From Candidatus Magasanikbacteria bacterium CG10_big_fil_rev_8_21_14_0_10_36_32 (GTDB taxonomy: Bacteria; Patescibacteriota; Patescibacteriia; Magasanikbacterales; GWA2-37-8): a stretch of DNA of 64,000 nt. The stretch covers positions 239,766 through 303,765 of the forward strand of contig PFBV01000003.1 of NCBI GenBank assembly GCA_002778465.1, in the 5' to 3' direction. The notes under the pieces are model-generated. The model searched no databases and was not told where the DNA came from. It saw only the letters and a program-made list of their open reading frames with translations. The position numbers and the translations under genes are program-made. Of the stretch, positions 1-10,347 are shown in pieces; position 1 is the first letter of the stretch; every line of letters starts with the position of its first letter.

Positions 1-209
1 AATTTTCAAAGGTTGCACTTTTTCTTTCACCCAAATTTGCCTTCACTCCGTTTCGGCAAACTTCGGATATTACGAAACGTTATGTATGCCGAAAACCAAC
101 TCATTTGAAATCGCGCATAAACATTTAGACGCTTGCTCAAAGATTTTAAAATGAGCCTGAAGCAACTATTATACAAAAAATAAAAAACTCCCGTTTTGTC
201 GGGAGTTTT

Positions 210-707
210 TTATTTTAATTTTTTCTTCCACAAACTTTGTCCGGCACAGAGAGCAACTGCCAAAGCATCAGCTGCGTCATCGGATTTTATTTTACCGGGA
301 ATTTTTAGAATCATCGCTACCATTTTTTGCATCTGGCTTTTTTCTGCCCGGCCAAAACCGGTAATTGCTTGTTTGATTTGAAGCGGTGTAAATTCATCAA
401 CGGGAATTTTATTTTCCACCGCTGTCAATAAAATTACACCTCGCGCCTGTCCAACCTTAATAGCTGTTTTAACATTTTTGAAAAAAAATAAATCTTCCAC
501 CGCCATCCTGGTTGGTTTATATTTTTTAATTAAAAGCAAAAGTTGCCGATGCATTTCGGCAATTCGGTCAACAAACTCGCCTCCGCTCGGGGTCTCAATA
601 CAACCATAATCCAGCGCTCGCCAATCTTGACCAGCCGCTTTTTCCACAATACCATAACCTACTCTGCCATAACCGGGATCAATGCCAAGTATAATATCTT
701 GATTCAT
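210..707 (-). CDS. ruvC: Crossover junction endodeoxyribonuclease RuvC
   Basis: N-terminal ILGIDPGYGRVGYG motif typical of RuvC; 165 aa; ATG at 707. Confidence 0.85.
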   Translation of the reverse strand: MNQDIILGIDPGYGRVGYGIVEKAAGQDWRALDYGCIETPSGGEFVDRIAEMHRQLLLLIKKYKPTRMAVEDLFFFKNVKTAIKVGQARGVILLTAVENKIPVDEFTPLQIKQAITGFGRAEKSQMQKMVAMILKIPGKIKSDDAADALAVALCAGQSLWKKKLK

Positions 708-775
708 ATACCCATATTTTAGCAGAATTTAAACAAAACAAAAAGTCCTCAGATGAGGACTTTTTTTATATTGTT

Positions 776-1504
776 TTATTCAGCATTGGTATAAAAATCT
801 TCCACATCATCATTATCTTCCAAATCACCAAATAATTTTTCCAATTTACCCTGAACTTCTTCGGAAATTGGCACCTTATCTTTGGCTGACCAAATCAAGC
901 CTGACTCTTTCGTTTCAATATTCATTTCTCTTAATTTATCAACAACTTTTTTAAAATTTTCTGTTTTGGTTTTAATTTCCAATCCGCCACCTTCCGCTTC
1001 TTGAATATCTTCAACTCCGGCGTCTATCATTTCCATTTCAAATTCTTCACGATTAGCCGGCTGTTTATCGGCCTCAATTAAAATATAACCAAGCTGTTGA
1101 AACATCCAACTGACCGAACCGGCATTACCAAATGAACCGCCTTTGTCTGAAACAATATGTTTTATTTCCTGCACGGTACGATTTTTATTATCAGTCAAAC
1201 AACGAATCATAATAGCCACTCCGCCCGGGCCATAAGCTTCATACAACATTTCTTCCACTTGAGTGCCATCGTTTAATTCTCCGGTACCTTTTTTAATAGC
1301 CCTATCAATATTATCCTTTGGCATACCGGCCGCTTTTGCCTTATCTACAGCCAAACGTAAAGAAAAATTAATTGCCATATCACCACCGCCTTGTTTAGCC
1401 GCGATACTAATGGCTTTAGAAAATTTGGAAAACAAATTACTGCGCAAAGCATCTTGTTTTCCTTTTCTGCCTTGTATATTATGCCATTTAGAATGTCCGC
1501 TCAT
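776..1504 (-). CDS. yebC: YebC/PmpR family DNA-binding transcriptional regulator
   Basis: Starts MSGHSKWHNIQ (YebC hallmark); 242 aa. Confidence 0.9.
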   Translation of the reverse strand: MSGHSKWHNIQGRKGKQDALRSNLFSKFSKAISIAAKQGGGDMAINFSLRLAVDKAKAAGMPKDNIDRAIKKGTGELNDGTQVEEMLYEAYGPGGVAIMIRCLTDNKNRTVQEIKHIVSDKGGSFGNAGSVSWMFQQLGYILIEADKQPANREEFEMEMIDAGVEDIQEAEGGGLEIKTKTENFKKVVDKLREMNIETKESGLIWSAKDKVPISEEVQGKLEKLFGDLEDNDDVEDFYTNAE

Positions 1505-1643
1505 AAAATTAACAAATTACAAAAATCTTACAAAACAAAATTATCTTAGCACAAACCAACAAGCTTGACAAGGAAGTAGATTTATGTTATTTTGAATGAT
1601 GTTATTGTGCTTGAAACAAAAAATCAAAATCATGGAGGAAAAA

Positions 1644-1817
1644 ATGACACAGAAAAAAACTCCTTCCAAAAAAGACGAGTCTGCCAAAAAAGGCAAAAAA
1701 TGCGTCTATCAATGTATTGTCTGCCCCAAATGCAACGGTTACGGGGGACATGACATCGCGCAAGCGTGTCCTGTTTGTGACAATGCGGGCTATATCTATT
1801 TGACTGGCACGAAATAA
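1644..1817 (+). CDS. Small DnaJ-type zinc-finger protein (CxxCxGxG repeats)
   Basis: GGAGGA SD 6 nt before ATG at 1644; CPKCNGYGG and CPVCDNAGY motifs; own promoter (TTGACA 1565, TATTTT 1588) and terminator. Confidence 0.55.
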   Translation: MTQKKTPSKKDESAKKGKKCVYQCIVCPKCNGYGGHDIAQACPVCDNAGYIYLTGTK

Positions 1818-1854
1818 CACAAAAACTACTATCCTAAAGAGCACGCTCATTAGT

Positions 1855-1890
1855 GGGCACACCGCATTTTCGCGGATGTGCCCTTTTTTA
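1855..1890 (+). terminator. Intrinsic terminator after the zinc-finger gene
   Basis: GGGCACACCGC-attttc-GCGGATGTGCCC hairpin followed by TTTTTTAT. Confidence 0.65.
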
Positions 1891-1944
1891 TAAATAAAAT
1901 AACGCCCCGATTGGCGCGAGGCGTCATTTTTATATTTTTATGGC

Positions 1945-4900
1945 TTATTTCTTAAATCCAGTACCACAAGGAATCAAACGACCAATAATAACATTTTCTT
2001 TCAAACCTTCCAAATAATCAATCTTACCGGTGATGGCGGTATTAATAAGCACGCGAGCTGTTTCTTGGAATGAAGCGGCTGACAAGAAACTCTGTGTGGA
2101 CAAAGATACGCGGCTGATACCAAGCAACAATTCACGAACCACAGCTTCTTTTCCGCCTTCTTTTCTTGTTTGGCGATTAGAATATTCAACTTGCGCTTTT
2201 TCCACAATTTCACCCGGCAACAAATCTGTTTCACCGGCATCTTCAATATAAACACGACTGAACATCTGTTTAATAATCAATTCCATGTGCTTATCATTTA
2301 CTTTTTGACCTTGAGAAGAGTAAATATTTTGAGTTTCTTCCAAGATATAACGCTGAACAGCTGAACGTCCGCGTAATTCATGGAGTTCGTGCAAATTAAT
2401 ACTTCCGTTGGTCAGTTGGTCTCCGCGTTTAACTTTATCGCCGGAATTTACATATAATTTATAACCCAACGGAACCACATATTCGCGAACTTTCGGTCCT
2501 TCATAAGACAAAACAATAGTACTCTTTCCAACCTTAACATTGCCCGGATATTTCGCTTTAATTTCTTCACCATCACTGCCGCGAACTAACAAAACTGTGT
2601 CTTCGGCGACAATTTCTCCATCTTTAACTAAAACTTCGTCTTCTTGGGTAAATTTAATTTTAGTTTCATCCATTCCTTCAAAATGAATTTTAATAATTTT
2701 TTGTCCACGTCGACCCTCAAACAATTTCTTACCTGATGGGGAAGTAATAATTTTTCCATCTGCATCTTCAATTTCAACCTCACCATCAACTTCCGATAAA
2801 AATGCCTGATGTTTCGGATTGCGAGCTTCAAATAATTCTTCCACGCGAGGCAAACCTTGAGTAATATCGCTACCAGCGACACCGCCAGTATGAAAAGTTC
2901 TCAAAGTAAGCTGTGTGCCGGGTTCACCGATTGATTGAGCGGCAATTACACCTACTGATGTTCCCATTTCCGCCGGTTTATTATAAGACAAATCGTAACC
3001 ATAACATTTCTGACAAACACCTTTTGGCAGTTTACACTGCAAAACACTGCGTACATGAACTGATTTAATTTGACTTTCTTCAATCACACGAGCAATTTTT
3101 TCATCAATCATTTCGCCCGCCTTAACTAATACTTTATTTCCAACTTTAACATCTTCCAAAGCATAGCGTCCCCAAACACGATCTGATAATTTTTCTCCCA
3201 TTTCTTGTGATTGTTCTTCAGTAAAGATTTCTCCGACATTATCACCGCAATCTTCTTCCAAAATTACCATATCTTGACAAACATCAACTAAACGACGGGT
3301 TAAATAACCGGCACCAGAAGTACGCAAAGCTGTGTCAGACAAGCCTTTTCTTGTACCATGTGAAGAAATAAAGAATTCTAAAGAATCAAAACCTTCTTTA
3401 AAATTACCTTTAACCGGTAATTCCATAATATCGCCAGATGGTGATGCAACCAAACCTTTCATACCGATAACCTGCCCAAGCTGACCCCAAGTACCGCGAG
3501 CGCCAGATTCAATCATGGCGTAAACCGGACCATTTTTACCTAAAGTATCTTGATTGTTAGCCACAACTTTTTCTTTTGTTTCAGTCCAAATTTCTAAAAT
3601 TCTGGCATGACGCTCGGTTTGAGTCAATAGACCTTCTTGAAACTGATCATCAGCCTGACGAACCATCTGTTCGGCTTCTTTAATAATTCCTTCTTTGGCA
3701 ACAATTTTCGGAAAATCCATCATACTCAAAGAGTAACCTGACTTGGTAGCATACTTAAAACCAAGATTTTTCAAATCATCCAAAAATACTGCCGTATTTT
3801 GCTGTCCATAAAATTCCAAAATCAAACTGATAATTTTTGCTAATTTCTTAACATTAATTACTTCATTATAATAAGGAATTTTTTCCGGCAAACCATCATT
3901 AAAAATGATGCGGCCAACCGTAGTTTCAATTAACGGTTTTGTTCCTTCAGGAAATTTACTCAAATCAACAAAACGAACTTTGATTCTTTCGTGTAAATCA
4001 ATCAAACGATTTTTATAAGCCAACAAAGCCTCCTTTTCAGAAGTAAAGTGTTTAAATGTTTTTTTCTCTTCTTGATCTTCATCTAAACGAGTTAGGTAGA
4101 AACAACCAAGAACGATATCTTGTTTCGGAGTAATAACAGGAGAGCCTGTGGCCGGTTTCAAAATATTTTTTTCCGCCGCCATTAAATTATCAGCTTCCCA
4201 TCTGGCTTCTTTGGTTAAAGGTAAATGTACAGCCATTTGATCGCCGTCAAAATCGGCGTTAAAAGCAGTACAAACTAACGGGTGTAATTGAATAGCATTA
4301 CCTTCAATTAAACGTGGATGAAAAGCCTGAATACCCAAACGATGCAAAGTTGGAGCTCTGTTTAACAAAACACGAGTAGTTTTTGTTAATTCTTCTAAAA
4401 TATCCCAAACCTCATCACGTTCTGACTCGATAAAACGGCTGGCGCTACGAACATTGTGCGCCAATTCACGCTTAATTATTTCTGCCATTATAAACGGTTT
4501 AAATAATTCTAAAGCCATTCGTTTGGGTAAACCACACTCATCAATATTTAAGTTTGGACCAACCACAATAACCGAACGTCCAGAATAATCAACACGCTTA
4601 CCTAACAAATTCTGACGGAAACGGCCTTGTTTGCCTTTTAAAATATCAGCCAAAGAACGCAATTGCCGGCGTTGTCCGGTAGAAGCAGCAACAGTTTTAG
4701 CATGACGGGCGTTATTATCAATTAAAGCATCAACTGCTTCTTGCAACATTCTTTTTTCATTTCTACAAATTACTTCTGGCGCGTTTAATTCAGTTAATCT
4801 TTGCAGACGATTATTACGGTTAATAACGCGGCGATATAAATCATTCAAATCAGAAGTGGCAAAACGTCCGCCATCTAAAGCCACCATCGGACGCAAATCC

Positions 4901-5823
4901 GGAGGAACTACAGGTAAACATTTCATTACCATCCACTCAGGACGGATTTCATTCATTAACAAACTCTTCAAAAGTTTTTTGCGGCGGATAATTTTTTCCA
5001 ATTTTGCGCCTTTAACTTTTTGTTGTTCTTCTGTCAAACGATTATAAGTTTCCTGTAAATTAACCCGAGACAATAAATTATAAACCGCTTCAGCGCCAAT
5101 TGACGCTTCAAACAAATGTCCATAGCGCAATGACATTTCTTGATAACGATTTTCTGAAACAATTCTTAAAACCTGCAATTCTTTTAACTCTTTGTCGGCT
5201 TGCTGAAAATCAGCTTCTAAAACTTTTATTTTTCTTGTTCCTTCTTCTTGAATTTTGTCCCAAGCTTCCTGACCAAGTTTTTTGTCTGTAGCCGCCTTAA
5301 TAGCTTGAGCAGTTTCATTTTCAATCTGTTTTTTCTTACTTTTAAATTCTTGTCGTAACAAATCAAAAGCTTGTTTCTTTCCTTCTTCGTCAACATGAGT
5401 AATTATAAAGCTGGCAAAATAAATAACTTTTTCCAAAGCTTGAGCGGACAAATCCAAAACTAAACCGATTTTTGACGGCACTGAACGAAGAAACCAAATA
5501 TGAGCTACTGGTGTAGTCAATTCAATATGTCCCATTCGTTCACGGCGTACCAAAGAAGTGGTCACTTCTACCCCACACTTATCACAAACAATTCCTTTGT
5601 AACGAATTTTTTTATATTTACCGCAATAACATTCCCAATCTTTGGTAGGACCAAAAATTTCTTCAGCAAACAAACCGCCTTTTTCCGGTTTTTGAGTACG
5701 ATAATTAATGGTTTCCGGTTTACGAACTTCACCAAAAGACCAATGACGGATAACTTCTGGAGAAGCGATTTTGAGACGAATGGCGTCAAAATCTATGGTT
5801 GGACGATTTTCTCTAAATAACAT
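1945..5823 (-). CDS. rpoC: DNA-directed RNA polymerase subunit beta'
   Basis: 1292 aa; NADFDGDQM catalytic motif; zinc-binding Cys cluster near N-terminus. Confidence 0.97.
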   Translation of the reverse strand: MLFRENRPTIDFDAIRLKIASPEVIRHWSFGEVRKPETINYRTQKPEKGGLFAEEIFGPTKDWECYCGKYKKIRYKGIVCDKCGVEVTTSLVRRERMGHIELTTPVAHIWFLRSVPSKIGLVLDLSAQALEKVIYFASFIITHVDEEGKKQAFDLLRQEFKSKKKQIENETAQAIKAATDKKLGQEAWDKIQEEGTRKIKVLEADFQQADKELKELQVLRIVSENRYQEMSLRYGHLFEASIGAEAVYNLLSRVNLQETYNRLTEEQQKVKGAKLEKIIRRKKLLKSLLMNEIRPEWMVMKCLPVVPPDLRPMVALDGGRFATSDLNDLYRRVINRNNRLQRLTELNAPEVICRNEKRMLQEAVDALIDNNARHAKTVAASTGQRRQLRSLADILKGKQGRFRQNLLGKRVDYSGRSVIVVGPNLNIDECGLPKRMALELFKPFIMAEIIKRELAHNVRSASRFIESERDEVWDILEELTKTTRVLLNRAPTLHRLGIQAFHPRLIEGNAIQLHPLVCTAFNADFDGDQMAVHLPLTKEARWEADNLMAAEKNILKPATGSPVITPKQDIVLGCFYLTRLDEDQEEKKTFKHFTSEKEALLAYKNRLIDLHERIKVRFVDLSKFPEGTKPLIETTVGRIIFNDGLPEKIPYYNEVINVKKLAKIISLILEFYGQQNTAVFLDDLKNLGFKYATKSGYSLSMMDFPKIVAKEGIIKEAEQMVRQADDQFQEGLLTQTERHARILEIWTETKEKVVANNQDTLGKNGPVYAMIESGARGTWGQLGQVIGMKGLVASPSGDIMELPVKGNFKEGFDSLEFFISSHGTRKGLSDTALRTSGAGYLTRRLVDVCQDMVILEEDCGDNVGEIFTEEQSQEMGEKLSDRVWGRYALEDVKVGNKVLVKAGEMIDEKIARVIEESQIKSVHVRSVLQCKLPKGVCQKCYGYDLSYNKPAEMGTSVGVIAAQSIGEPGTQLTLRTFHTGGVAGSDITQGLPRVEELFEARNPKHQAFLSEVDGEVEIEDADGKIITSPSGKKLFEGRRGQKIIKIHFEGMDETKIKFTQEDEVLVKDGEIVAEDTVLLVRGSDGEEIKAKYPGNVKVGKSTIVLSYEGPKVREYVVPLGYKLYVNSGDKVKRGDQLTNGSINLHELHELRGRSAVQRYILEETQNIYSSQGQKVNDKHMELIIKQMFSRVYIEDAGETDLLPGEIVEKAQVEYSNRQTRKEGGKEAVVRELLLGISRVSLSTQSFLSAASFQETARVLINTAITGKIDYLEGLKENVIIGRLIPCGTGFKK

Positions 5824-5845
5824 ATAAGAAGAATATTAAATTATT

Positions 5846-8800
5846 TTATTTAGAAGGATTTTCTTCAGTTTTTTTTTCAAGCGTAGTATCAATTAATCCC
5901 GCATCATCATCTTTTTTTTGTTCAACAACCGTTTCTGTCGCCACATGATATTCACCGTTTTCTCCTTGTTTCAACAATTCAACATCTAATCCAAGACCTT
6001 TCATTTCACGAACTAACACATTAAATGATTCTGGAATATTTACATTTTTAATATCTTCACCTTTAATAATCGCTTCGTAAGCTTTAGAGCGACCCGGCAC
6101 ATCATCGGATTTAATGGTTAAAATTTCCTGTAAAATATGAGCGGCACCATAAGCTTCCAAGGCCCAAACTTCCATTTCGCCAAAACGCTGTCCACCGAAT
6201 TGAGCACGTCCACCCAACGGCTGTTGAGTAATCAAACTGTAAGGACCAATAGATCGTTGGTGGATTTTATCTTCAACCATATGATTTAGTTTAAGCACAT
6301 AGCTATAGCCAACAGTCACCTTATGATCAAACGGTTCACCCGTACGGCCATCATATAAAACAGACTGGCCATCAGACGAAAATCCGGCTTTAACTAACTC
6401 TTCTTTAATTTGATCTTCGTTCAATCCATTGAAAGGCGGGGTGGCAACACGATAACCCAAAGCGTTAGCGGCCAATCCCAAATGATTTTCCAACAACTGT
6501 CCAAGATTCATACGAGAAATAACACCGAGTGGGGACAAAATTATATCAACAGGAGTACCATCTTCCAAAAACGGCATATCCTCGGCTGGGACAACCCTGG
6601 AAATAACACCCTTGTTACCATGTCGACCTGACAATTTATCACCAACCTGAACTTTTCTCATATCAGCCACACGAACGCGAACTTGTTTAATAACACCTGG
6701 TTCTAATTTATCACCATTCTCAGACGAAAATACTTTCACATCAACAACTTTTCCATGTTCTCCGTGTTCAAGGTATAAAGAAGAATCACGAACATCTCTA
6801 GCTTTTTCACCAAAAATCGCTCGCAATAATCTTTCTTCGGCACTCAATTCAGTCTCTCCTTTCGGAGTGATTTTACCAACCAAAATATCACCAGATTTAA
6901 CTTCGGCGCCAACACGAACAATGCCTTCGCTGTCTAAATTTTTTAATTTTTCTTCACTGACATTCGGAATATCTGATGTTACCAATTCCGGACCGAGTTT
7001 GGTTTCACGAACATCAACTACATAATCTTCAATATATATAGAACTGAAACGATCTTGCTTGACAACACGATCAGATAAAATAATCGCATCTTCATAATTA
7101 TATCCATCCCAAGACAAATAAGCGACTAAAATATTTTGTCCTAAAGCCAATTCTCCGTCACGAATACACGGACCATCTGTTAATGGTTGGCCTTTTTTAA
7201 CTTTATCACCAATATTAACAACTGGATGTTGGTTAACACAAGTGGCGGCATTAGAACGTAAAAATTTATTTAAATTATAAACACACTTCTCTCCTTTTTT
7301 ATCAACCACAGCAATCTGATGTCCTGATAATTCAACCACTTCACCTTCAATTTCCGATTTAATAATATAACCGGTATTGTCGGCCACAGCTCTTTCAACA
7401 CCTGTACCAACCAATGGCGGCTCAACTTTAATACATGGCACGGCTTGCCGCTGCATATTTGTGCCCATCAAAGCACGCGTAGCATCATCGTGTTCCAAAA
7501 AAGGAATTAAAGCGGTGGCCAAACTGATAATTTGACTAGTGGACACATCAACATAATCTACCGCATTTGATTCAACAGTGCCTGGTTTTCCATAAATACG
7601 AGCCGAAACCATATCCTGAATGAAATATCCGTGGTCATCAATTTTAACCGTGGCCGGCGCAGTAACAGTCTTTTCTTCTCTGAAAGAATTAAGATAAACA
7701 ACTTCATTGGTAACACGAGGTTTAACCTGAATCATTTCTTGTTTAGTTGAAGAAAGTTTTTTAGCTATATCTTTAGTAATGACGGTTCCGTCTTTAACAC
7801 CACCAACATCGCCATGTAAAATTTCATCAACTAACAAGTTCGGATCGTTAGCCACTTCTTTTAAAACTTTTCTATAAGGAGTTTCAATAAAACCCAATTC
7901 ATTAACACGAGCAAAACTGGCCAGGTGATTAACTAAACCAATGTTCGGACCTTCCGGAGTAGCAATCGGACAAATACGTCCATAATGAGTATTGTGCACA
8001 TCACGAACTTCAAAACCGGCTCTATCGCGAGACAAACCTCCTGGACCCAAAGCGCTTAAACGTCTCTTGTGTTCCAGTTCTGATAAAACATTAATCTGAT
8101 CCATGAATTGGGATAATTGCGAACTCATAAAAAATTCACGGATGGCGCTGATTACCGGACGAGCATTGATTAATTTGTTCGGAGTTAATTGTTCCAATTC
8201 ATAAGTACTCATTCTGTCTTTTATTACACGCTCCATTCTGGCCAAACCAACACGAAAACGATTTTGGATTAATTCACCGACCGCGCGAATGCGGCGATTA
8301 CCCAAATGATCAATATCATCAGGATCTTCCTGTGTAACATTTAATCTGATAACTTCTTTAACTACTTGTAATAACTTTTCAGGAGATAAAACACGATTTT
8401 CTTTTTTAGAAAAATCTTCCGGCGAATAACCCATATCAAACTTGGTGTCAAACTTATAAACACCGACCGGACCCAAATCATACCGATCGAAATTAAAAAA
8501 CATGGCATGAATCAAACTCTTAGCATTATCAGCTGTAGCCAAATCACCAGGACGAATTTTTTTATAAACTTCAATTAACCCCTCGTCAACAGTTTTGGCC
8601 AAATCTTTTTTCAAAGTCGAATCAATATAATCAATGTTCGGATGAATATTTACATCTTTTAAAAGATCGGTTATTTTTTCATTATCTTCATAACCAAAAG
8701 CGCGCATCAAAGAAGTGATGGCCACCTTACGCTTACGGTCAATTTTAACCCAAAGAGTATTATTTTGGTCAGTTTCAATTTCTAACCAAGCGCCACGATT

Positions 8801-9292
8801 GGGAATAATTTTAGCACCATAATATCGGCGTCCACGAACATTTTCGGCAGTAAAGAAAACTCCTGCTGAACGAATAAGTTGAGAAACAACCACACGCTCA
8901 ATACCATTAACAACAAAAGTTCCGCGCTGTGTCATTAACGGTAAATCACCCAAATAAATTTCTTGCGTTTTGGACTGTTTTGTATTCTTGTTATACAAAC
9001 GAGCATTTACTCTCAGTGGCGCTTCAAAAGTTAAATTACGAGTTCGGCACACCATTTCATCAAATTTCGGTTCATCTAAATAATAGTCTTCCAAATAAAG
9101 CTCTAAATTACGGTCAGTAAAATCTGTAATCGGCGAAACTTCCTCAAACAATTCTTTAATGCCGTATTTCAAAAACCAATTATAAGAATTGAGTTGCAAT
9201 TCCACTAAATTTGGAAAAGGAGCAGCATCAAGATTTTTTGTAAAAAATTTTCGTTGCGTATTTTTAATCGCGTTTGCTTTATAAGTAGCCAT
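5846..9292 (-). CDS. rpoB: DNA-directed RNA polymerase subunit beta
   Basis: 1148 aa; conserved beta-subunit blocks; immediately upstream of rpoC. Confidence 0.97.
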   Translation of the reverse strand: MATYKANAIKNTQRKFFTKNLDAAPFPNLVELQLNSYNWFLKYGIKELFEEVSPITDFTDRNLELYLEDYYLDEPKFDEMVCRTRNLTFEAPLRVNARLYNKNTKQSKTQEIYLGDLPLMTQRGTFVVNGIERVVVSQLIRSAGVFFTAENVRGRRYYGAKIIPNRGAWLEIETDQNNTLWVKIDRKRKVAITSLMRAFGYEDNEKITDLLKDVNIHPNIDYIDSTLKKDLAKTVDEGLIEVYKKIRPGDLATADNAKSLIHAMFFNFDRYDLGPVGVYKFDTKFDMGYSPEDFSKKENRVLSPEKLLQVVKEVIRLNVTQEDPDDIDHLGNRRIRAVGELIQNRFRVGLARMERVIKDRMSTYELEQLTPNKLINARPVISAIREFFMSSQLSQFMDQINVLSELEHKRRLSALGPGGLSRDRAGFEVRDVHNTHYGRICPIATPEGPNIGLVNHLASFARVNELGFIETPYRKVLKEVANDPNLLVDEILHGDVGGVKDGTVITKDIAKKLSSTKQEMIQVKPRVTNEVVYLNSFREEKTVTAPATVKIDDHGYFIQDMVSARIYGKPGTVESNAVDYVDVSTSQIISLATALIPFLEHDDATRALMGTNMQRQAVPCIKVEPPLVGTGVERAVADNTGYIIKSEIEGEVVELSGHQIAVVDKKGEKCVYNLNKFLRSNAATCVNQHPVVNIGDKVKKGQPLTDGPCIRDGELALGQNILVAYLSWDGYNYEDAIILSDRVVKQDRFSSIYIEDYVVDVRETKLGPELVTSDIPNVSEEKLKNLDSEGIVRVGAEVKSGDILVGKITPKGETELSAEERLLRAIFGEKARDVRDSSLYLEHGEHGKVVDVKVFSSENGDKLEPGVIKQVRVRVADMRKVQVGDKLSGRHGNKGVISRVVPAEDMPFLEDGTPVDIILSPLGVISRMNLGQLLENHLGLAANALGYRVATPPFNGLNEDQIKEELVKAGFSSDGQSVLYDGRTGEPFDHKVTVGYSYVLKLNHMVEDKIHQRSIGPYSLITQQPLGGRAQFGGQRFGEMEVWALEAYGAAHILQEILTIKSDDVPGRSKAYEAIIKGEDIKNVNIPESFNVLVREMKGLGLDVELLKQGENGEYHVATETVVEQKKDDDAGLIDTTLEKKTEENPSK

Positions 9293-9570
9293 AATTTTTA
9301 AAAAAATTAATTATTTTTTAAAATATATAAATTGAATTTTTTTAACAATTTTCTTTTCACTCGTGTCGCTGCGTAAACAAAAAACCTCCCCGTTCAATTT
9401 GGGCAGTTAAAAAATAGTAATATTCAGTTGTTTAGCAAGGTGAGCATGAAATTGTTTTTACCTTGCGCGTAGCTCAAAAAGGATATTTTGGCCACACTTT
9501 AGGCTTATTTTAGGCAAAAAAACGCCTTAGCCGAATGTCCAAACAGGACATTGTTTTATATAGTAAGATA

Positions 9571-9599
9571 ATTCTACACTAAAAAAATGATTTTGTCAA
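9571..9599 (-). promoter_or_regulatory. Candidate rpoB promoter with a ~280-nt leader
   Basis: Minus strand TTGACA (9599-9594), 17-nt spacer, TAGAAT (9576-9571). Confidence 0.45.
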
Positions 9600-10050
9600 C
9601 TAAAAAGCAAGTCAAAAACCTTTTGTCAAGACACTGTAAAATTTGGCTTAAATAAGCGATTTTTATTTTATCATCAACAAGTTATCCACAGTTATAAAAA
9701 ATTACTTGCAAATTATACTTGTCCACACAATCTTAAAAATGTGGTATAATAACACTGGTAATTAATTTTTTCGCTTAACAAAGCCAAAAAAAGAAATTGA
9801 ACCAGCATTTTTTCATTTTTTGACAAAAATGCGTTTAAACCGTTAAAATTTATTAATATATTTTATCTCTATCAAGCTGCGGTGGGGTTGATGCGTTAAC
9901 GAATTGGATTTTAAAAATACTCTCTCCTTTCCCTAATAACATCATGTTATTTTGGAAAAAAATTTTTGAGACTCATTTCGCCTTTTAGCATGCTACTCCT
10001 TCGCAGCTTAATGGGGATAAAAATCCCGCCTTGACGGCGTATTTTTTTAC

Positions 10051-10078
10051 AAAAAACCACCTCGAAAAACGAGGTGGT
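10051..10078 (-). terminator. Intrinsic terminator of the small basic protein gene
   Basis: CCACCTCG-aaaaa-CGAGGTGG hairpin with flanking T-run on the minus strand. Confidence 0.65.
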
Positions 10079-10102
10079 ATGTAGTTAAAAAGAACAAAAA
10101 AT

Positions 10103-10261
10103 TTAGTTTTCCGTATCGCGCTGGGAATGTTTTTCCCGGCGTCGATACTTAGACTTATCGCGATGCCGCCCTCCACGACCCAACTGATTAATAGCTGTGT
10201 CCGGCAAACGCGGCATAATCGGCAACTCCTGCTTCTTCTTTTTCTTGTGTTTCTTGCTCAT
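10103..10261 (-). CDS. Small highly basic hypothetical protein (52 aa)
   Basis: AAGGAG SD 7 nt upstream of ATG at 10261; Lys/Arg-rich; followed by hairpin terminator at 10051-10078. Confidence 0.4.
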   Translation of the reverse strand: MSKKHKKKKKQELPIMPRLPDTAINQLGRGGRHRDKSKYRRREKHSQRDTEN

Positions 10262-10347
10262 TTGGAACACTCCTTGTTTAATTGAAAGAACGAAATACTG
10301 TAGCATGTTTTTAAAGCCTTGTCAACAATTGTTTACATAATAAAACT

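Noticed and set aside
2001-2364. Short ORFs (2001-2255, 2030-2251, 2170-2364 and many others) inside rpoC, rpoB and other long genes
   Set aside because: They are antisense or out-of-frame ORFs nested in well-supported long CDSs, with no independent signals.
9300-10100. tmRNA, RNase P RNA or SRP RNA in the rpoB-ftsK intergenic region
   Set aside because: The GGGGTTGATGCG stretch superficially recalls a tmRNA 5' end, but no tRNA-like 3' end, tag ORF, P4 helix or SRP domain IV motif is present.
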